A stretch of 64,000 nt of DNA from Rhynchobatus australiae (Eukaryota), in the NCBI GenBank assembly GCA_034780895.1, contig JAUZTB010000064.1:64355405-64419404 (forward strand). The letters run 5' to 3'. The number at the start of each line of letters is the position of its first letter. Within the stretch, counting starts at the first letter, position 1. The position numbers were made by a program, and so were the translations under genes. Under the pieces are notes generated by a model, which made no database searches, was not told the DNA's origin, and worked only from the letters and a program-made list of their open reading frames with translations. Below are positions 41,808-55,214 of the stretch, piece after piece.

Positions 41808-44759
41808 CTACAAGACCAAATATAAAGAACACACAAAATATTTACAATAAAACATGAGAAACATCAAAGTGCATAAGATTGAGGTTTTCAAAAATCCACA
41901 ATGATAATTTCCTTCTGGAACAGGTATGTAATGATATAACTGATCACTGGTACAGAGAAACATCAGTTCCTAGGCAATTGGTTCCTGACATTTCTAATTC
42001 ACAATTTATTACAATTTACAATGACATTCAATTAATAAAAATAGCCTAATTATTGTATTATTTACCAAATAAAACTAAAGGAAACATCTAAGATATTTTC
42101 CTATATTTCTTTTGCTGGGAACAACTACGCTTAATTAGAGACAGAAACATCTTCAGAAGTCCGGATAAGTCCCAAAGTTTCTCCAAATGTTAATATCAGC
42201 CAATTGGTAACTCTCAAAGAAGTCTCTCGTGCTTTACGTCAGCTTTTCCTGCCCAATCTACCTATTCAATAACACCAAAGCTATTTTTAAACAAGTTTTC
42301 TCCCTTTTCATCCCGAATAATACAAGTTGGAGATTAAATTATTGTTCATTCAGTGGTTTAAGACCAGTTTCAAATGTTGGTTTACTGGCCAAATGGATGA
42401 CAACATTCCTTAGAATGACAAACCCTGGCTGATGTATCATGTACAACAATTGGAAAGCAAAAATAAGCTCCGTTGAATAACATACCGGTCAGATGTTTCT
42501 GGAATCCAGCAAACCCAACCAAGCAACCAAAACAGTTATAAGACTGAAAACCTTAACTTTGTTACTTTCCCCACAGCAACACTTCCAGCACTTTTTTGTT
42601 TTCATTACATTGGAACACAATTCCATTTGACAGCAGAATGAATGGACCACATAATACAAGAAAGAGTATTGGAAATTTACTTGCAAGGATATACGTATTT
42701 CAGACATATCGCTATGGACTTTAGGGAAAGATACAAACCAAAGAGGAAAGAAATGTTGGAGGACTGGCCATCCTTGGCCAAGTAGATGGTTTCAAAAAGT
42801 AATTTAATAATATTCACTCTGCTGTGGGACATGAGGGGTGTCAGGACAGGAAAAACAAATGAATTAAAATATTTGTTCATTGATGTATACTACCTGTTAT
42901 GGCTCATTAAATCTTGAACACAGAAGTCAAACCTCATTTATATTTAATTAGCGCAAATATTCATTTACTATTGCGTTATGGATTTATTTTACACATCTCC
43001 AAAAGTTAACTTATAAATATATTTCATAATCCTAATATTTCAAGAATCCCAGATACACCAACAATTAAACGAAGTAGATCAGATAAAACTGAAACCCTTG
43101 GGTTTTATTTCCAAAGGCCCATTTCAAATTGTTTGACTAAATTCAGAAAATTAAGATATAGCTACTTTAGAGAAAACAATACATTATTAATGTATAATAT
43201 TTCAGAATTTAGGGAAGAGTTAAATAAGTTAATTTACAGAAAGAGTCAATTTAAAATGTGTAACATCAATCTGAACATTTCTGGGAAAGTTGATAAAAAT
43301 TAGACTTACAATCTGGTTATTATTACTGGAACTTTCACATCAACCACTGTAGTCATTGCACTTCTAGATCTTTCTAATGTTGTACACAGCAAAGTAATGA
43401 ATGACTTAAATTACAACAAAGATATTCCTTACAAATATTGAAAATACCAGATCCCGCTGGAATGATTCAGCAATAACCAAATAAGTAAAACAAACAAATG
43501 GAAAGTGCAAAACAGAGAGCCCTATATTTAATACATCCAATTTCAGTGCTTGCATTCAAAATATTTGTTATGGAAACTTTTCTAATATCACAAAACAATA
43601 AAGTATGAATTCAATAAATTAAATTCATAGCTACCACATATGAAGTCATGAAGTTGCATAAGCCAGTACAATGCAACCAGCTTGCTTGCCATCCCATCCA
43701 CCACCTTAAATGTTCACTCTCTCCACCACTGTGATGTGTAACAGAGCTACACGTCACACTACAGCAATTTGTCAAGGTTTCCTTAGCAGCAATTTCCAAA
43801 CTCACACCTTCTATCAGTATTAGAAGAACAGAAGCAGCAGGCACATGGGAACCTGTCCTCATCATCACACATCGCCCTGATTTGGAAATATATCACCTCA
43901 CTTCACTGTGGGTTCAAAATCGAACTTACTGTACAACCATACCTTCTCGGTGATTCTGAAAGGCAGCTCACCACCAGCTTTTCATGGCCATTCAGTGAAT
44001 GTATAATTAAAGAATTACAGCCTTAAAACCCAATCTTAGAAAATAAATGCACCTGAATCAAAACATTTCCTTTTTTTGGAATTCTACCTGGTCACATTCC
44101 CTTTCAGCACATTGCATTTAAATGTCTCTATAAATAACATATCCCCTATGAATAAGCCATTTGCTCTGTCAGGTGATTTTAGCTCACACCTGTGACCTAC
44201 TATTTATCTAAAGTACAAATGTGTTCCACTGATATGCCTATTATCTCTAAACATGAAATAGTATGTGCGATTACCAATCTCTCATAATTCATTACTATGT
44301 TTTATGTTCATAAATTATAATTAGATCTGTTATAGGAACTTTACTCTGAAATCTCCTATTTGTAGCGTTAGAACATAAGCAGCAATCTCCTTAGCAGCTG
44401 TTAGTAAAGGGATCTTTTTTAAATGGCGTAACATCAGATTAATGATTCCATGCAATGAAAATCTCAACAGTTCTAGGACAAATCATAGTCCCACCTCCAC
44501 ATCAATTGTGTGTTAAGACTTAACAAGCTACCATATCAACAAATGGATTTCTACTGTCATCAAAAGGACATAAAACAAGTTTCAACAAAGCAATTCAACA
44601 GCCAAGGTGGCACACAGACCAAGACAAAGTTAAACAAGTGTTAAGTGCTATTTGTTTCAATGTTGGCATTCCTATGCGACTAATTAGATGGCTTTAAGTG
44701 CATTTCAGACTCTAGAACCACAGCAAACTGTCAGTCCATAAACAAAACAAATAGCTCAC

Positions 44760-45098
44760 GTCCACAGAGTTTCATCCTCAGATTTTCTTCTTTTCTTTAC
44801 TTCCTGCTCAGTTCCTTTATTAATTCCACTCAATGTCTGGCCTCGCTGTGAACTGGGGACTGGGAGAAATTTATTAAAGGCAGCGCTGCTCTGTTTGGAC
44901 GTGGCTCTTATCCGCCGACTCATCATGTCATCTTTCTCTACATCTGGGCATCTCTCGTCTTCGTTTTCAGCTTCCTCACTGGAATCCTGAAGGCTTTCGT
45001 TTATAGTTACAGTGTGGGCAACCAGGACAGGAGATGGGGTCCTTCGAAAATACTCAGCTGTGCAAATATCACTAAGGAAAGTTTCTTCAGGTTTACAG
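44760..45098 (-). CDS. LIMCH1: LIMCH1 cassette exon F (CKPEE...PDVEKDDMMSRR...FNKFLPVP...ETLW), 339 nt, phase 2-2
   Basis: Resembles recalled 'KDDMMARR...NQFLPVP'. Acceptor CTCTTCTTCCATAG|, donor AC|GTGAGC. Confidence 0.9.
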
Positions 45099-45267
45099 CT
45101 ATGGAAGAAGAGGTAAATTAGGCAAAGAAGGAAAGAACCAACTAATAGAAAGCAAGGTAACAACACGATTTACAGGATGGTTAGATATGACACAAAATTA
45201 TCATTTCACATTTACAATTGATCATTTTAAAGCTTCTGAAAAAAAACCTGAAAATATTACAGTTTTG

Positions 45268-45680
45268 TTGGTATTGGTATATTATTGTCACTTGTACTGA
45301 GGTACAGTGAAAAACTTGTCTTGCATACCATTCGTACAGATCAANNNNNNNNNNNNNNNNNNNNNNNNNNNNNNNNNNNNNNNNNNNNNNNNNNNNNNNN
45401 NNNNNNNNNNNNNNNNNNNNNNNNNNNNNNNNNNNNNNNNNNNNNNNNNNNNNNNNNNNNNNNNNNNNNNNNNNNNNNNNNNNNNNNNNNNNNNNNNNNN
45501 NNNNNNNNNNNNNNNNNNNNAATAGTCTTATCACAGTGGGGTAGAAGCTGTCCTTGAGCCTGGTGGTATGTGCCCTCAGGCTCCTGTATCTTCTACCCGA
45601 TGGAAGAGGAGAGAAGAGACAGTGACCTGGGTGGGTGGGGTCTTTGATTATGCTGGCTGCTTCACCAAGGCAGCGAGAGC
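45268..45680 (-). mobile_element. Rex1/Babar-type LINE 3' end
   Basis: RCLGEAASIIKDPTHPGHCLFSPLPSGRRYRSLRAHTTRLKDSFYP. Confidence 0.85.
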
Positions 45681-46579
45681 TAAAGGCAGAGGAGGGGAAG
45701 CTGGTTTCCGTGGAAGTATTTTGGAAGCTTGGGTTGAAAAGGAGTCCAGTAGTCGCAGCAGCTACCTGTCTCTGATGACAGTGGGCTCTGGGTTCAGCAC
45801 CACCTACATCTGCATCCATTGCACACAAGCAAATCTTCAGGAGATTGGCTGTGCTGCAGATCCACCTGAAGACCAATGTGTTTAGACAAGCCTGAACAGA
45901 TGGGAACCTGCTGGCAGTGTCAGTTCCCACTGCCATGTCTTAAAGGGCAGCTTCTACTCAGAGGTTGACCACAATCCCAAGACCTTCAGGATCACATCCA
46001 ATGCTTCCACCCATGCAGCTGAGTGTCGGGCGGTGGGGGAGGTGGCCGCCGGACACAGCAGTGTTCTTTTCTGACAACACTTCCTGACGGGCTGGCTGTG
46101 TTCCCGACAGAGCTCACCTGTCCCGGGTGCTTAAAGGAGCCCCTATCCACATGAAGTTTGAGACCAGGAACAAGCCACATAGCCACCCTGCTGTTGCACC
46201 TGAAACCAACAACCACCTGGAACCACACCCTCCACCAGGCACTGCTGCTGCCCAGAGTCAACCTGGAGGCCTCGGGGCCCATTGAACTTGGCAGAGTCAG
46301 ACAATGCAGCGCAGGGCTTCTCTCCCCTCTCCTAATTCCCCCCATAACACAGTAAATCAGGTGCTGGTTATCAGTTGACGATATTAAATAGGATTTTACT
46401 GCTGAAAGCCATGCTTAGCTTTAGCTACAGCTAGCCAGGTTGGGTAAATGCAGTAATGGAATGGAAGGCTGAGCTGCTGGCTATAGAATATAAGCACTTG
46501 TTATAGCACCTCTTCTAGGCCAAGAGTAGCAGCAGCAGTACACTTTTGGTCCCTCATATAAGGGCCTTCCTTTGATCAT

Positions 46580-46755
46580 TTGTAGCTTCTTTGTAGACAC
46601 AAGAGACTGCAGATGCTGGAATGTGAAGCAACAAATAATCTGCTGGAGGAACTCAACTGTTCCTGATGCAGGGTTTTGACCTGAAATGTTGACAATTCCT
46701 TTTCTCCCACTGATGCTGCTCGACCTGCTCTGTTCCTCTAGCAGATTGTTTATCG
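46580..46755. mobile_element. Penelope-like pLTR with an inverted partial copy
   Basis: AATCTGCTGGAGGAAC (about 46637) is nearly complementary to GTTCCTCTAGCAGATT (about 46732). Central CTGATGCAGGGTTTTGACCTGAAATGTTGAC. Confidence 0.7.
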
Positions 46756-47929
46756 CTTCTTTGCACTCTGGCCCTTCCAAAGGGTCCCCAGCTGTGGCCT
46801 CCTGCCCAGCAGCATGTCAATTTTGTCCAACCCCTGGACAGGAACTGTAAGAAAAATTACTCATGTCCAGTCATTAAATTCAGCAGGGCCACTAGAAACC
46901 CAGCCCTGCCAGATTTCCCCAACTACCAAGCTCCCCTGCTGCATAAATATTAGGCCCATAAGTCTTTTGCATCTTCTGTAAAAGACAGTAGTGTCTGATC
47001 TCCTGCCAGAGCATAATTTTCTTTGAAACTGACCAGTTCCAATGAGCCTCAGTACAGAAAGGATGCAGAAACAGAGGGAAACGCAGCACAAAAGCAGCAG
47101 GAGAAAACACAAACAAAAACTCATGAAGGATTAATGAGGGAAAGTTAGGAAAGAAACTCATGGTGGTCTAAATTTGCTGTGTATTTTCTTTGCAGGAATA
47201 TGACTGGTTTAATTGAACAGAGGTTGGACTATTCCACGGTGCTCCACTGTCACACTCAGTTCTCAATGCAAGAGAAATATTTTTATTATTATCTAGAATG
47301 TGTTTGAGGTTAGTAGACGTTATGTAACTACAAATGCAATTCAGTTACATGGAGACTTGCTGATTGATTGCGCAAGTATTACTTTCCTACTCCTGTACTG
47401 CACTGTTATACCATTCTTCTCTAGCCAAGTCTATGTTATTCTTAGCTTCATATTATGAAAATTCAATTTTTACTAAGTTACCGTGTGGAGAATTATTGGC
47501 TGGAAATTCTTGTTGTTAGTCTTAGATTATTTAGACTGATACTAATATTTTCCTGGAACTGCAATACTTCATCCTAATAGGTATACAGTGAAAACAGAAA
47601 AGAGGCAAACAAAGTTGTGCAAAGATTCCTACAAATATTCCTTAAAACAACAAGATGGACAAAATGATGCAAACCCCCAGTGCAATTCTGCTTACTGTAA
47701 GTATACACTCATATTAGAAATGCCTGTTTACTAGTAGTACCATATGGATATTGCCACATTGTAGAACACATCACCAATGGCAAATGTACTAGCATGTAGC
47801 CAATGAGTTGTGAAAGATAAAATTGTGTTCTGGAACAACTCACCAGTGGGGTGAAAGGTTTGTTCATCTGGACCAACTGTGAAAAAAATCCATTGTTATA
47901 GGAAAAGTTTACAGTTATTCCTTTAAATG

Positions 47930-48342
47930 TCAGCTGCAGCTCAGCTGATAGCACTCTTATCTCTGAGTCAGAACATTGTGGATTCAAGTCCCATTCCAAG
48001 GGTTTGGGCACAAAAGTTAGTGTAATCTTGAGGGGATGCTGTGCGGTTGGAGCTGTTTCCTTCTGAATGAGACTTTTGAAGACTGGTTTGCCCTCTAACA
48101 TAGATGTAAAAGACCAATGGTACTTTCTCAAAAGACGGCGGGAGATTTATGTTGGTGTCCAGGCCAATACTTTTTCCATAATCAATGTTATAACAGATTA
48201 TCTGGTCATTTTCACATTGGTATTATTGGGAGCTTGATGTGAACAAATTGGCTCCACATTTCCTACATTTCTACTGACTGCGCTTCAAATGTAGTTCATT
48301 GGCTGTAAAGCACTCTGAGACCGCCTGAGATATGAAAGGGAT
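47930..48342 (+). mobile_element. DeuSINE (SacSINE1-like); older partial minus-strand copies at about 17490-17760 and 14935-15070
   Basis: tRNA-like head (GCAGCTCAGCTGATAGCAC...GGATTCAAGTCCCA), Deu-domain-like core (GATGTAAAAGACCAATGG...CAGATTATCTGGTCATT) and typical tail (TTCATTGGCTGTAAAGC). Confidence 0.72.
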
Positions 48343-48344
48343 TA

Positions 48345-48628
48345 TAAGCTATCTTTATTAGTCACAAGTACATTGAAACACACAGTGAAATGCAGCTTTG
48401 CATAGAATGTTCTGGGGGCAAGTATCACCACGCTTCCGGCGCCAACATAGTATGCCCACAACTTCCTAACCTGTACGTCTTTGGAATGTGGGAGGAAACT
48501 GGAGCAGCTGGAGGAAACCCACACAGTCACGTGGAGAATGTATAAACTCCTTACAGACAGCGGCCAGAATTGAACCTGGGTCACTGGCGCTGTAATAGTG
48601 TTACGCTAACCGCTATGCTACCGCGCCT
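48345..48628 (-). mobile_element. V-SINE
   Basis: Reverse complement of the V-domain and head (GGTTCAATTC), similar to the copy at 1-197. Confidence 0.78.
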
Positions 48629-48949
48629 GCCCATAAAAGCAAGGACTTCTAGTTCTTTCTTTCAGTCTTTGCTGGTTAGGCTGGTCCTCACCAAGAACCA
48701 ATGGGTGGGGCACATATGGTACATTTCCTGCCTGCTGGTCCATAAGGTGGAAATACTGACCTAAGAGAAACAGAGAATGTGAACCAAGGCTAATTTACTC
48801 TCCTTTTAATATCATCCAATTAATTGGTATTGAGACTAAAGAAATGGGGTTTCTAGACCCAATTCAGCAACAAACTGAAATCAGCCTCCTTAGAGGAGAC
48901 ATTTGGTTGCTTTGCATTTGCAGGACATCAGGAATCTCTCTAGACACAT

Positions 48950-49900
48950 GCTCAAAAGGCATTGGTGATGATAATCATCACTAAGTTGCTGCCTGCCTTC
49001 CACTTCTTCCACCTCCTGCTCTATTGCTGGCAGGTAGGATTGAATCCTAATTAATGGGAGATTGCTTTGCAATCAGTAGATCACCACGAATCTTGAGGCT
49101 CACTCTGCTGCACTCTGTCTCCTCTAGAGTGGTCCAGGCAGTGGACTTCATTGCTTGAGTACATGAAAGGAATAGTTTATCACACTGCATGAGGCAGCAA
49201 GGCATTCTGTCATTCATTATATGAATGTTACCCTCAAAAGCATGATTTGCATACCAGAGGTAAGAGCCATGTTTCTAGTCTTTCTCACACTGGCCCCCAC
49301 CCTTTCATTTGTAGTGAAGACAGATATACTGACGGTGAGGCCGAGTAATTGCAAATGAAAGCATCATTGCCACCTCTAGGGTATCAGGTACTGAACTGTC
49401 TGATCAAATAATCTATTGGTCATAGAGGGAATGAAACATCTGAGAGTTGACATATAGTGTCTGCTATCGCTCACCAAGTGGAAGACCATATTTCTGGTGA
49501 AGCCATGTGCTTGCTCCACTTGCCGCTTCCTTTCAAGAGATAATGAAATGTATTCAACTTTCTTGGAATAGAAAGTTTCTCTAACTTCCCTTATACATAA
49601 AAGTGTGCGATGTTGCAAATTTCCCCTACTCCAGGCTGAAAGGTGCTTGCTGCTTTCAAGTTCATTACTGCTGTGAGTGCCAGTGGTAAAAAAATCCTCA
49701 AAGGATCTGCAGTTGTGGCGGGATCATGTGACATTCGTCATTGAGAATGATCTCAGTGAAGGGGAGCTGTCTCATACATTTTTCTTTACTGAGAGGAACA
49801 TTGTTCACTGAAAACCGTGTGTGGATATAGCCCTTTGCCCAGAGCTCTTCTCCCACTCCTCCTCCTCCTCCCTTGCCCTATGAGTGCCTTCTGTTTGTTC
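48950..49900 (-). mobile_element. Decayed PIF/Harbinger (HARBI1-like) DDE transposase
   Basis: Collinear frameshifted remnants: GRRALGKGLYPHTVFSE, TAVMNLKAASTFQPGVGEICNI, CIREVRETFYSKK..YI, QVEQAHGF, DAFI, VLKQ..HCLDHSRG, RFVVI, then an acidic tail. Confidence 0.78.
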
Positions 49901-51590
49901 TCCTGGTTGTGCTGCATTCCAATGCCTCTTAAAGTAGTGAGCAATTAGTTATTGCTTGAAGTTCAAACAAACTCTTACAGCTCCTGACATAATACTCCCT
50001 GTAGACTTCAGATAAATTGAAGAAGTCTAGAAGCANNNNNNNNNNNNNNNNNNNNNNNNNNNNNNNNNNNNNNNNNNNNNNNNNNNNNNNNNNNNNNNNN
50101 NNNNNNNNNNNNNNNNNNNNNNNNNNNNNNNNNNNTAAATTGAAGAAGTCTAGAAGCACCAAATGCTTATTGAATTGAAACACGTTCTGTAGAAATCAAT
50201 CAGCAATTGATTTCAAGTACTTGATGATCCCCTTGAACATGACAAGTGGGGATAGAGGATGGTAAGGGGAGTGGCAGGGCAGGGTGGCGAGTGCAGGATT
50301 TGTGTTCCTTCCTGAGGCTGAATGCTTGATCTTCCATTTGAGGTTAATACCACTATTAAGTGATTCATTAAACTGCAGCTTGCTGGTAATGGTTTCAAGT
50401 CAGTATTGCATGTGAATTAGCATCGTGATCTGTTGACTCTGCACACACTGAATGCATGTGCTAATGCTCTTCCTTATAATCTGGCCAGAGTAACCTATGC
50501 AACGAAAGTGCACATAGGCATTGGAAATAAACCAATAACCATTGAGCCTGAACAGAGGGCACCTCTCGGATGAATTTTGCAGCAATTACCTCTAAGTTTA
50601 GTGAAGGAAATGATTGCTAGGCTGATGTTGTTTTCCTTGGGCAAATGGACACTGAGAGGAGAATTAATTGAGGCATAGGTATCCAGAAAGTCAAGGTGCA
50701 CCTTAACAAGTGCACTAAATGGTCATTGTAAAGTATTGTCAACATCCATTTTGGACATAGACCCATCGCCCAAATGAGTGGCACGTGAGACCCACAGTCT
50801 GAAGAGGAGATGCACCTTGTGTTGGACGGAAAGTCCAGTGTGTTACCAAGGCTAAGTGGGGTGTCTAATGGGCAGAGAGAGCCAGTGGGCATAGTCCCAA
50901 TCAGGATCAGGCAGTCAGGCTAGCTATCACGTGATGGGCTGAGGTCTGGAGGTGAGTTGGGGGAGGTGCGTTGTTGGGTTAGTAATCATGTAAATGCCAG
51001 GAGGGAGCCAGGAGGTATGACTGCCATCAGCCATCAGAGGTCAGAATGGCCTTACTGTCCCAGCAGAGAAACACGTACCTGACAACCCCAAAATTCCAAA
51101 TGGTATCAAACTAATCAGTGCAAATTAGCATCCTGAGCCAACATTTCCCATTATTCATAAACATATTACCAAACTTACAAATAGTGTAATGTAACAAATG
51201 TATCCAAATTATATTGCAAGAAAAAGAAAAACACAGCTCAGGAAACTAAATTGGAAACAGGAACACTTGTGCAGACTCTAGTGAAGTGGTTAGCACTTAT
51301 AACCGGCAGTGTAAATGGGTTGTGTAACAATATCTGGGCTGCAGCGTAGCCCATTTTTATTTTATGTTACTTTTGAAAAACACATTGAACAAATTATATT
51401 GTGGAAGCATGAAGTCTCCATATAACAAAACTACTTACAAAGCTGGAATTAGTGAACGAAGAGCCGATCACACGATGAGTGGCCTCAAGCCATGTGTTAA
51501 AAGAATCATGCTTATCAGGCTCAAGTCCACATGCTCAAGTGCTCAAGCATGCTCTCAGTCCAGACCAGCTGCAAGGAAGGCAAAATGTAC

Positions 51591-51977
51591 CTGATCTCAT
51601 TTTGGGAGGCAAGAATTACCTCACTCCCTGCAGAGATTTGGGATTTATCTCCCATTGCACCATCTTGTGAGTTGAGGATAACCGCTGAAGATACAGAGGG
51701 TAAGAGATGGCAGGTATAGGCTTTGATGGTGCAACTATCTGGCTCTTCTTCTGACTCACTGCATTGGCCAGCCCTGCTGATGCTTAACTTCTCCCAACGC
51801 TGCTGATCTATCTCCGTCACTGGGCCAAAATGCACAAAGCGCTGGTAGTTGGGTGAAGCACCCTTACTGCTTCTTGCCCTACGATAGGCAAGGTCATCTT
51901 GAGCTGCTTTTCTTACTTCAGTTCCAGAATTTGGCTTCACCTCAGAAATATTTCTAATTGGCTTGGAAGATTCCTCA
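51591..51977 (-). CDS. LIMCH1: LIMCH1 cassette exon E (EESSKP...QDDLAYRRAR...QRFVHFGPVTEIDQQRWEKLSIS...NEI), phase 2-2; alternative in-frame acceptor starting at 52010
   Basis: Resembles recalled 'DDFANRKAR...QKFVHFGPVTELDQQKWKRLSI'. Donor AG|GTACAT. The acceptor choice is uncertain. Confidence 0.88.
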
Positions 51978-52299
51978 CTTGACGAAGTTATAGAGAATGG
52001 AGAAAGATGACTGTTAGAAGCAGGCAACATTGAATTCATTAATCCCTGAACTATCATTGGTTAAAAGAGGAAGATACTCTAGTCACAAGCAATTTACTAC
52101 CAAAAATAACTATCTATCCAGCCTTCTCAACCATCTCTAGGTAAGTTGCTTTTTAGCTACACAGTTAACAAAATAAAAATGTGCAGAATTGGAGGTAACC
52201 TTTTGGCTTGGTTAGGAAGTAGGATATGGATAATAGGTATCATGGGTTTGCACAAATATTGGCAGACTGTGACTAGTGAAGATCTCAGGGATCTGTAAA

Positions 52300-53130
52300 A
52301 TATTTTTCCCTGTGCTTATAAATGACTTGATGAGGGAATAGAAAGCAATATGTCCAGGGTTATTAATGATACTGATTGGGTGATAAATATTGTAAGCTGG
52401 ACCAAACTGTTGCAGAGACATATTAATAGATCAAGTGAGTGATCAAAACTGGCAGGTGGAGTTCATTGTGGGAAAGTGTGAAATCATCATTTTCAAAGTA
52501 TTTTCTAAATGGTGAGAAGGTTTATATAGTAGATGAGCAGAAAATTAAAGCATTAATATCTGTAAAATCTAATGAACTAAAACCTCAGGAGGGCTGGAAT
52601 ACAATGGGTTGGAAGTTCAGAGCTCTGGCTATCTCCTATCTCCTGTCATGCAGTCAGCTCTGGGCACTGCAACTTAGGAGGACACACTGCCTTTGGAAGA
52701 AATATGGCATGGGTTAACTCGAATGATACTAAAAGGGTTAAATTATGAGCACAAATTAACAGACTATACATGAGTACCGAAGATTGAGGGTTGATATAAT
52801 TGAGATGCTTAGGATGCATTTGTTGGGGTTGATTTGGAGAAACTAATTCCTCTGGTGGAAGAGTCCAAGAATGTATAAAATTAAAATCAGAACTGAGTCA
52901 TACAGAGCTGATGTCAGGAAACAATTCTTCAGCAGAAACGGTAGTGGAAATCTGACAATGGCTAAGAGCTATAAAGGCTGGGTCATACAATGATTTCAAA
53001 ACTGAGAGTGAAATTTTGTTAGCTGTTGCGATTTATGGAAACATGGAGAGAGTTAAGAAGCAAATTTACAATGATGGTCAAACAGGCTTGAGTAGCTGAA
53101 CTGCCTCCTCCTGTTGCCATATCCCTACAT
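52300..53130 (+). mobile_element. Degenerate CR1 LINE fragment
   Basis: Remnants of the WQMEFN/KCE, QLWA and RLRxDIIE motifs. Confidence 0.7.
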
Positions 53131-54696
53131 TAGCTGGCTGTTATGTTGTTTTTTCTACCAGCACATTGCCTTAACCAATGCTTTAACATTAAATCTTTCA
53201 GATCTGCACATCAAGAATACAACTGCAACAAAATCCAATGTAGTCCAGAGTTAAGCAGAAATGGAAGTTAAGTGTTGCTGCCAAGGGTCAGAAAATAGAT
53301 CAGTGCACACCAGCCGTGTGTCACTTCAAAGGTGAGAAGAAAAGAGAGGAAATTAGGAAGAGATTGATGGTGAATAATTCTACTCCATTTCCTAATGGCA
53401 AGCACAACAATGATAAACACAGAGGACTGCTGGAGGTCAACAATCTGCCCTCTTGTTTAAAATGGTACACTGCTCTGGGGAGNNNNNNNNNNNNNNNNNN
53501 NNNNNNNNNNNNNNNNNNNNNNNNNNNNNNNNNNNNNNNNNNNNNNNNNNNNNNNNNNNNNNNNNNNNNNNNNNNNNNNNNNCTGGGGAGACCAGCAAGA
53601 AAACAAACTTTGACAAAACACCTCCAGAAACACATGCCTATTTCTGTATGGGTAAATGAGATTTATTTAGAAAGAGTAAATATAGGTATGAGGTATGTGC
53701 CCTTTCAGTAACATTGACAAAGGCAGGAATTTTATTCTACTAGATAACAGTTGTGCTTATCATTGAAGCAGACTAGTGTGAAGTAATACTGGAGGGTTAT
53801 ATTTTTAAGGATAAAAGGGTATTCATCCATAATTAGGTTGTTTGACTGCCTGAATTAACCAGAACAATATTTGCATTTCAGGAGCCATCCATGTGGAGGA
53901 ATGCAGTGATTACTACCATTGGGATCACTTCATAGGCTACCTGCTTAAGAAAAATTACAAAGAGAAAGTTAATGGTTCATGATCATTGAATTGTTGTTGG
54001 TACTTTAGGGCTATCAGGCTGAATACAGAGTAACATGGCTTAGTCTCTTCCCCAACAGTTCATCAGAGCACTTCTATTACGATGGGGAAACTTTTACTTC
54101 ACACAGCCACGTGTTTCTGCCTCTCCAACACAACCAACTCATTAACAACCAGTTCTGTTATGTTATTCCTCTATGGATACTAAACAGTTGGGAACGGCCC
54201 TGTTTATTTCATTTTGTATCTTTAAAACCAGTATTAAAAGAGCAAAGTGATGTAAACCTTCGATGTGGTTAAAATGAAACAGATTCCAAACAAAACATTA
54301 ATCAGCAGGAACAGTCCCCCATCGGTGACTGGGTTTGGAAGCAGATAACTGTTTTTTTATTAAAAGAAGGCTCAGTGATCCTTGAAGAAATGCTTTAGGT
54401 TAAACAACATAATATGTGGTAGAGTTTATGCAATGCTTTGTTACTTTAAATTATGGACAATTTGTTGATGTCAACATCACACTAATCATTATTGCTAGAT
54501 TTAATATGGTCATATTAAAACTAAAAACATGTATTAGAAGTAGCTGAGTCTTTGTACAGGTAATTATTATTTTTTAATATGTAATTTCATGTTTCTAATT
54601 AGATTAAAAAAATAATGTAACACTCAATAGCTCAATAATATGAAAAAATACAAAACAAGTACAACTACAACAACAGAGTGGGAGATTGGTAACAAC

Positions 54697-54954
54697 CTGG
54701 TATCAGTGGAAAGCTTGAGCCTCTCCCATATTTCCATATCAGCTGATGTGATAGAGGGATGAATGAAGGTGTGAGGCTCTTGCCGATTGGTAAAGCCAAC
54801 CAGGGCCTTTCGCCGAGCCAGATCATCGCGTTCTATATCTGGGCTTTTCACCGGCTCGTTGTCTTTGTGCCCGTTCTTTTGCTGTGACTTCAGCATCACG
54901 CCTGCTTCCTGAGGGATAATAACTTCACTCTCTGCAGCCTGAGTATGACTTTTG
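54697..54954 (-). CDS. LIMCH1: LIMCH1 cassette exon D (SKSHTQ...PDIERDDLARRK...ITSADMEIWERLKLSTDT), 258 nt, phase 2-2
   Basis: Resembles recalled 'PDLHKDDLAQQR...ITEADLETWERLKVS'. Acceptor TTGTTCAG|, weak donor AG|GTTGTT. Confidence 0.87.
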
Positions 54955-55214
54955 CTGAACAATTGCACACAAGTCAAGGAGGGGGTAAAAAAACACAGAA
55001 AAACAGTGAGAAGGCAGAAAACAAATAGATAAGTGAAATTTCAAGGTGCGCACCAGTTTCTAGTATGTTAGATTGGGAACACAGAGGTTGTTAGTTGTAG
55101 AATATTGGAAATGAAATCATATGAAGTTGGATAACTGCTGAGGTTGAGAGGGTTGAGAGCTTCAAGTTACAAGGAGGGAACATCACCAATAGCTTGTTCT
55201 GTCCAACCATGTAG

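Noticed and set aside
53250-53365. Strong-looking orphan acceptor (CCTAAT, pyrimidine tract, GAAG| at 53323)
   Set aside because: The better donor (CTG|GTGTGC) shifts the frame, the in-frame donor is very weak, and read-through stops after about 24 codons. Not supportable as an exon.
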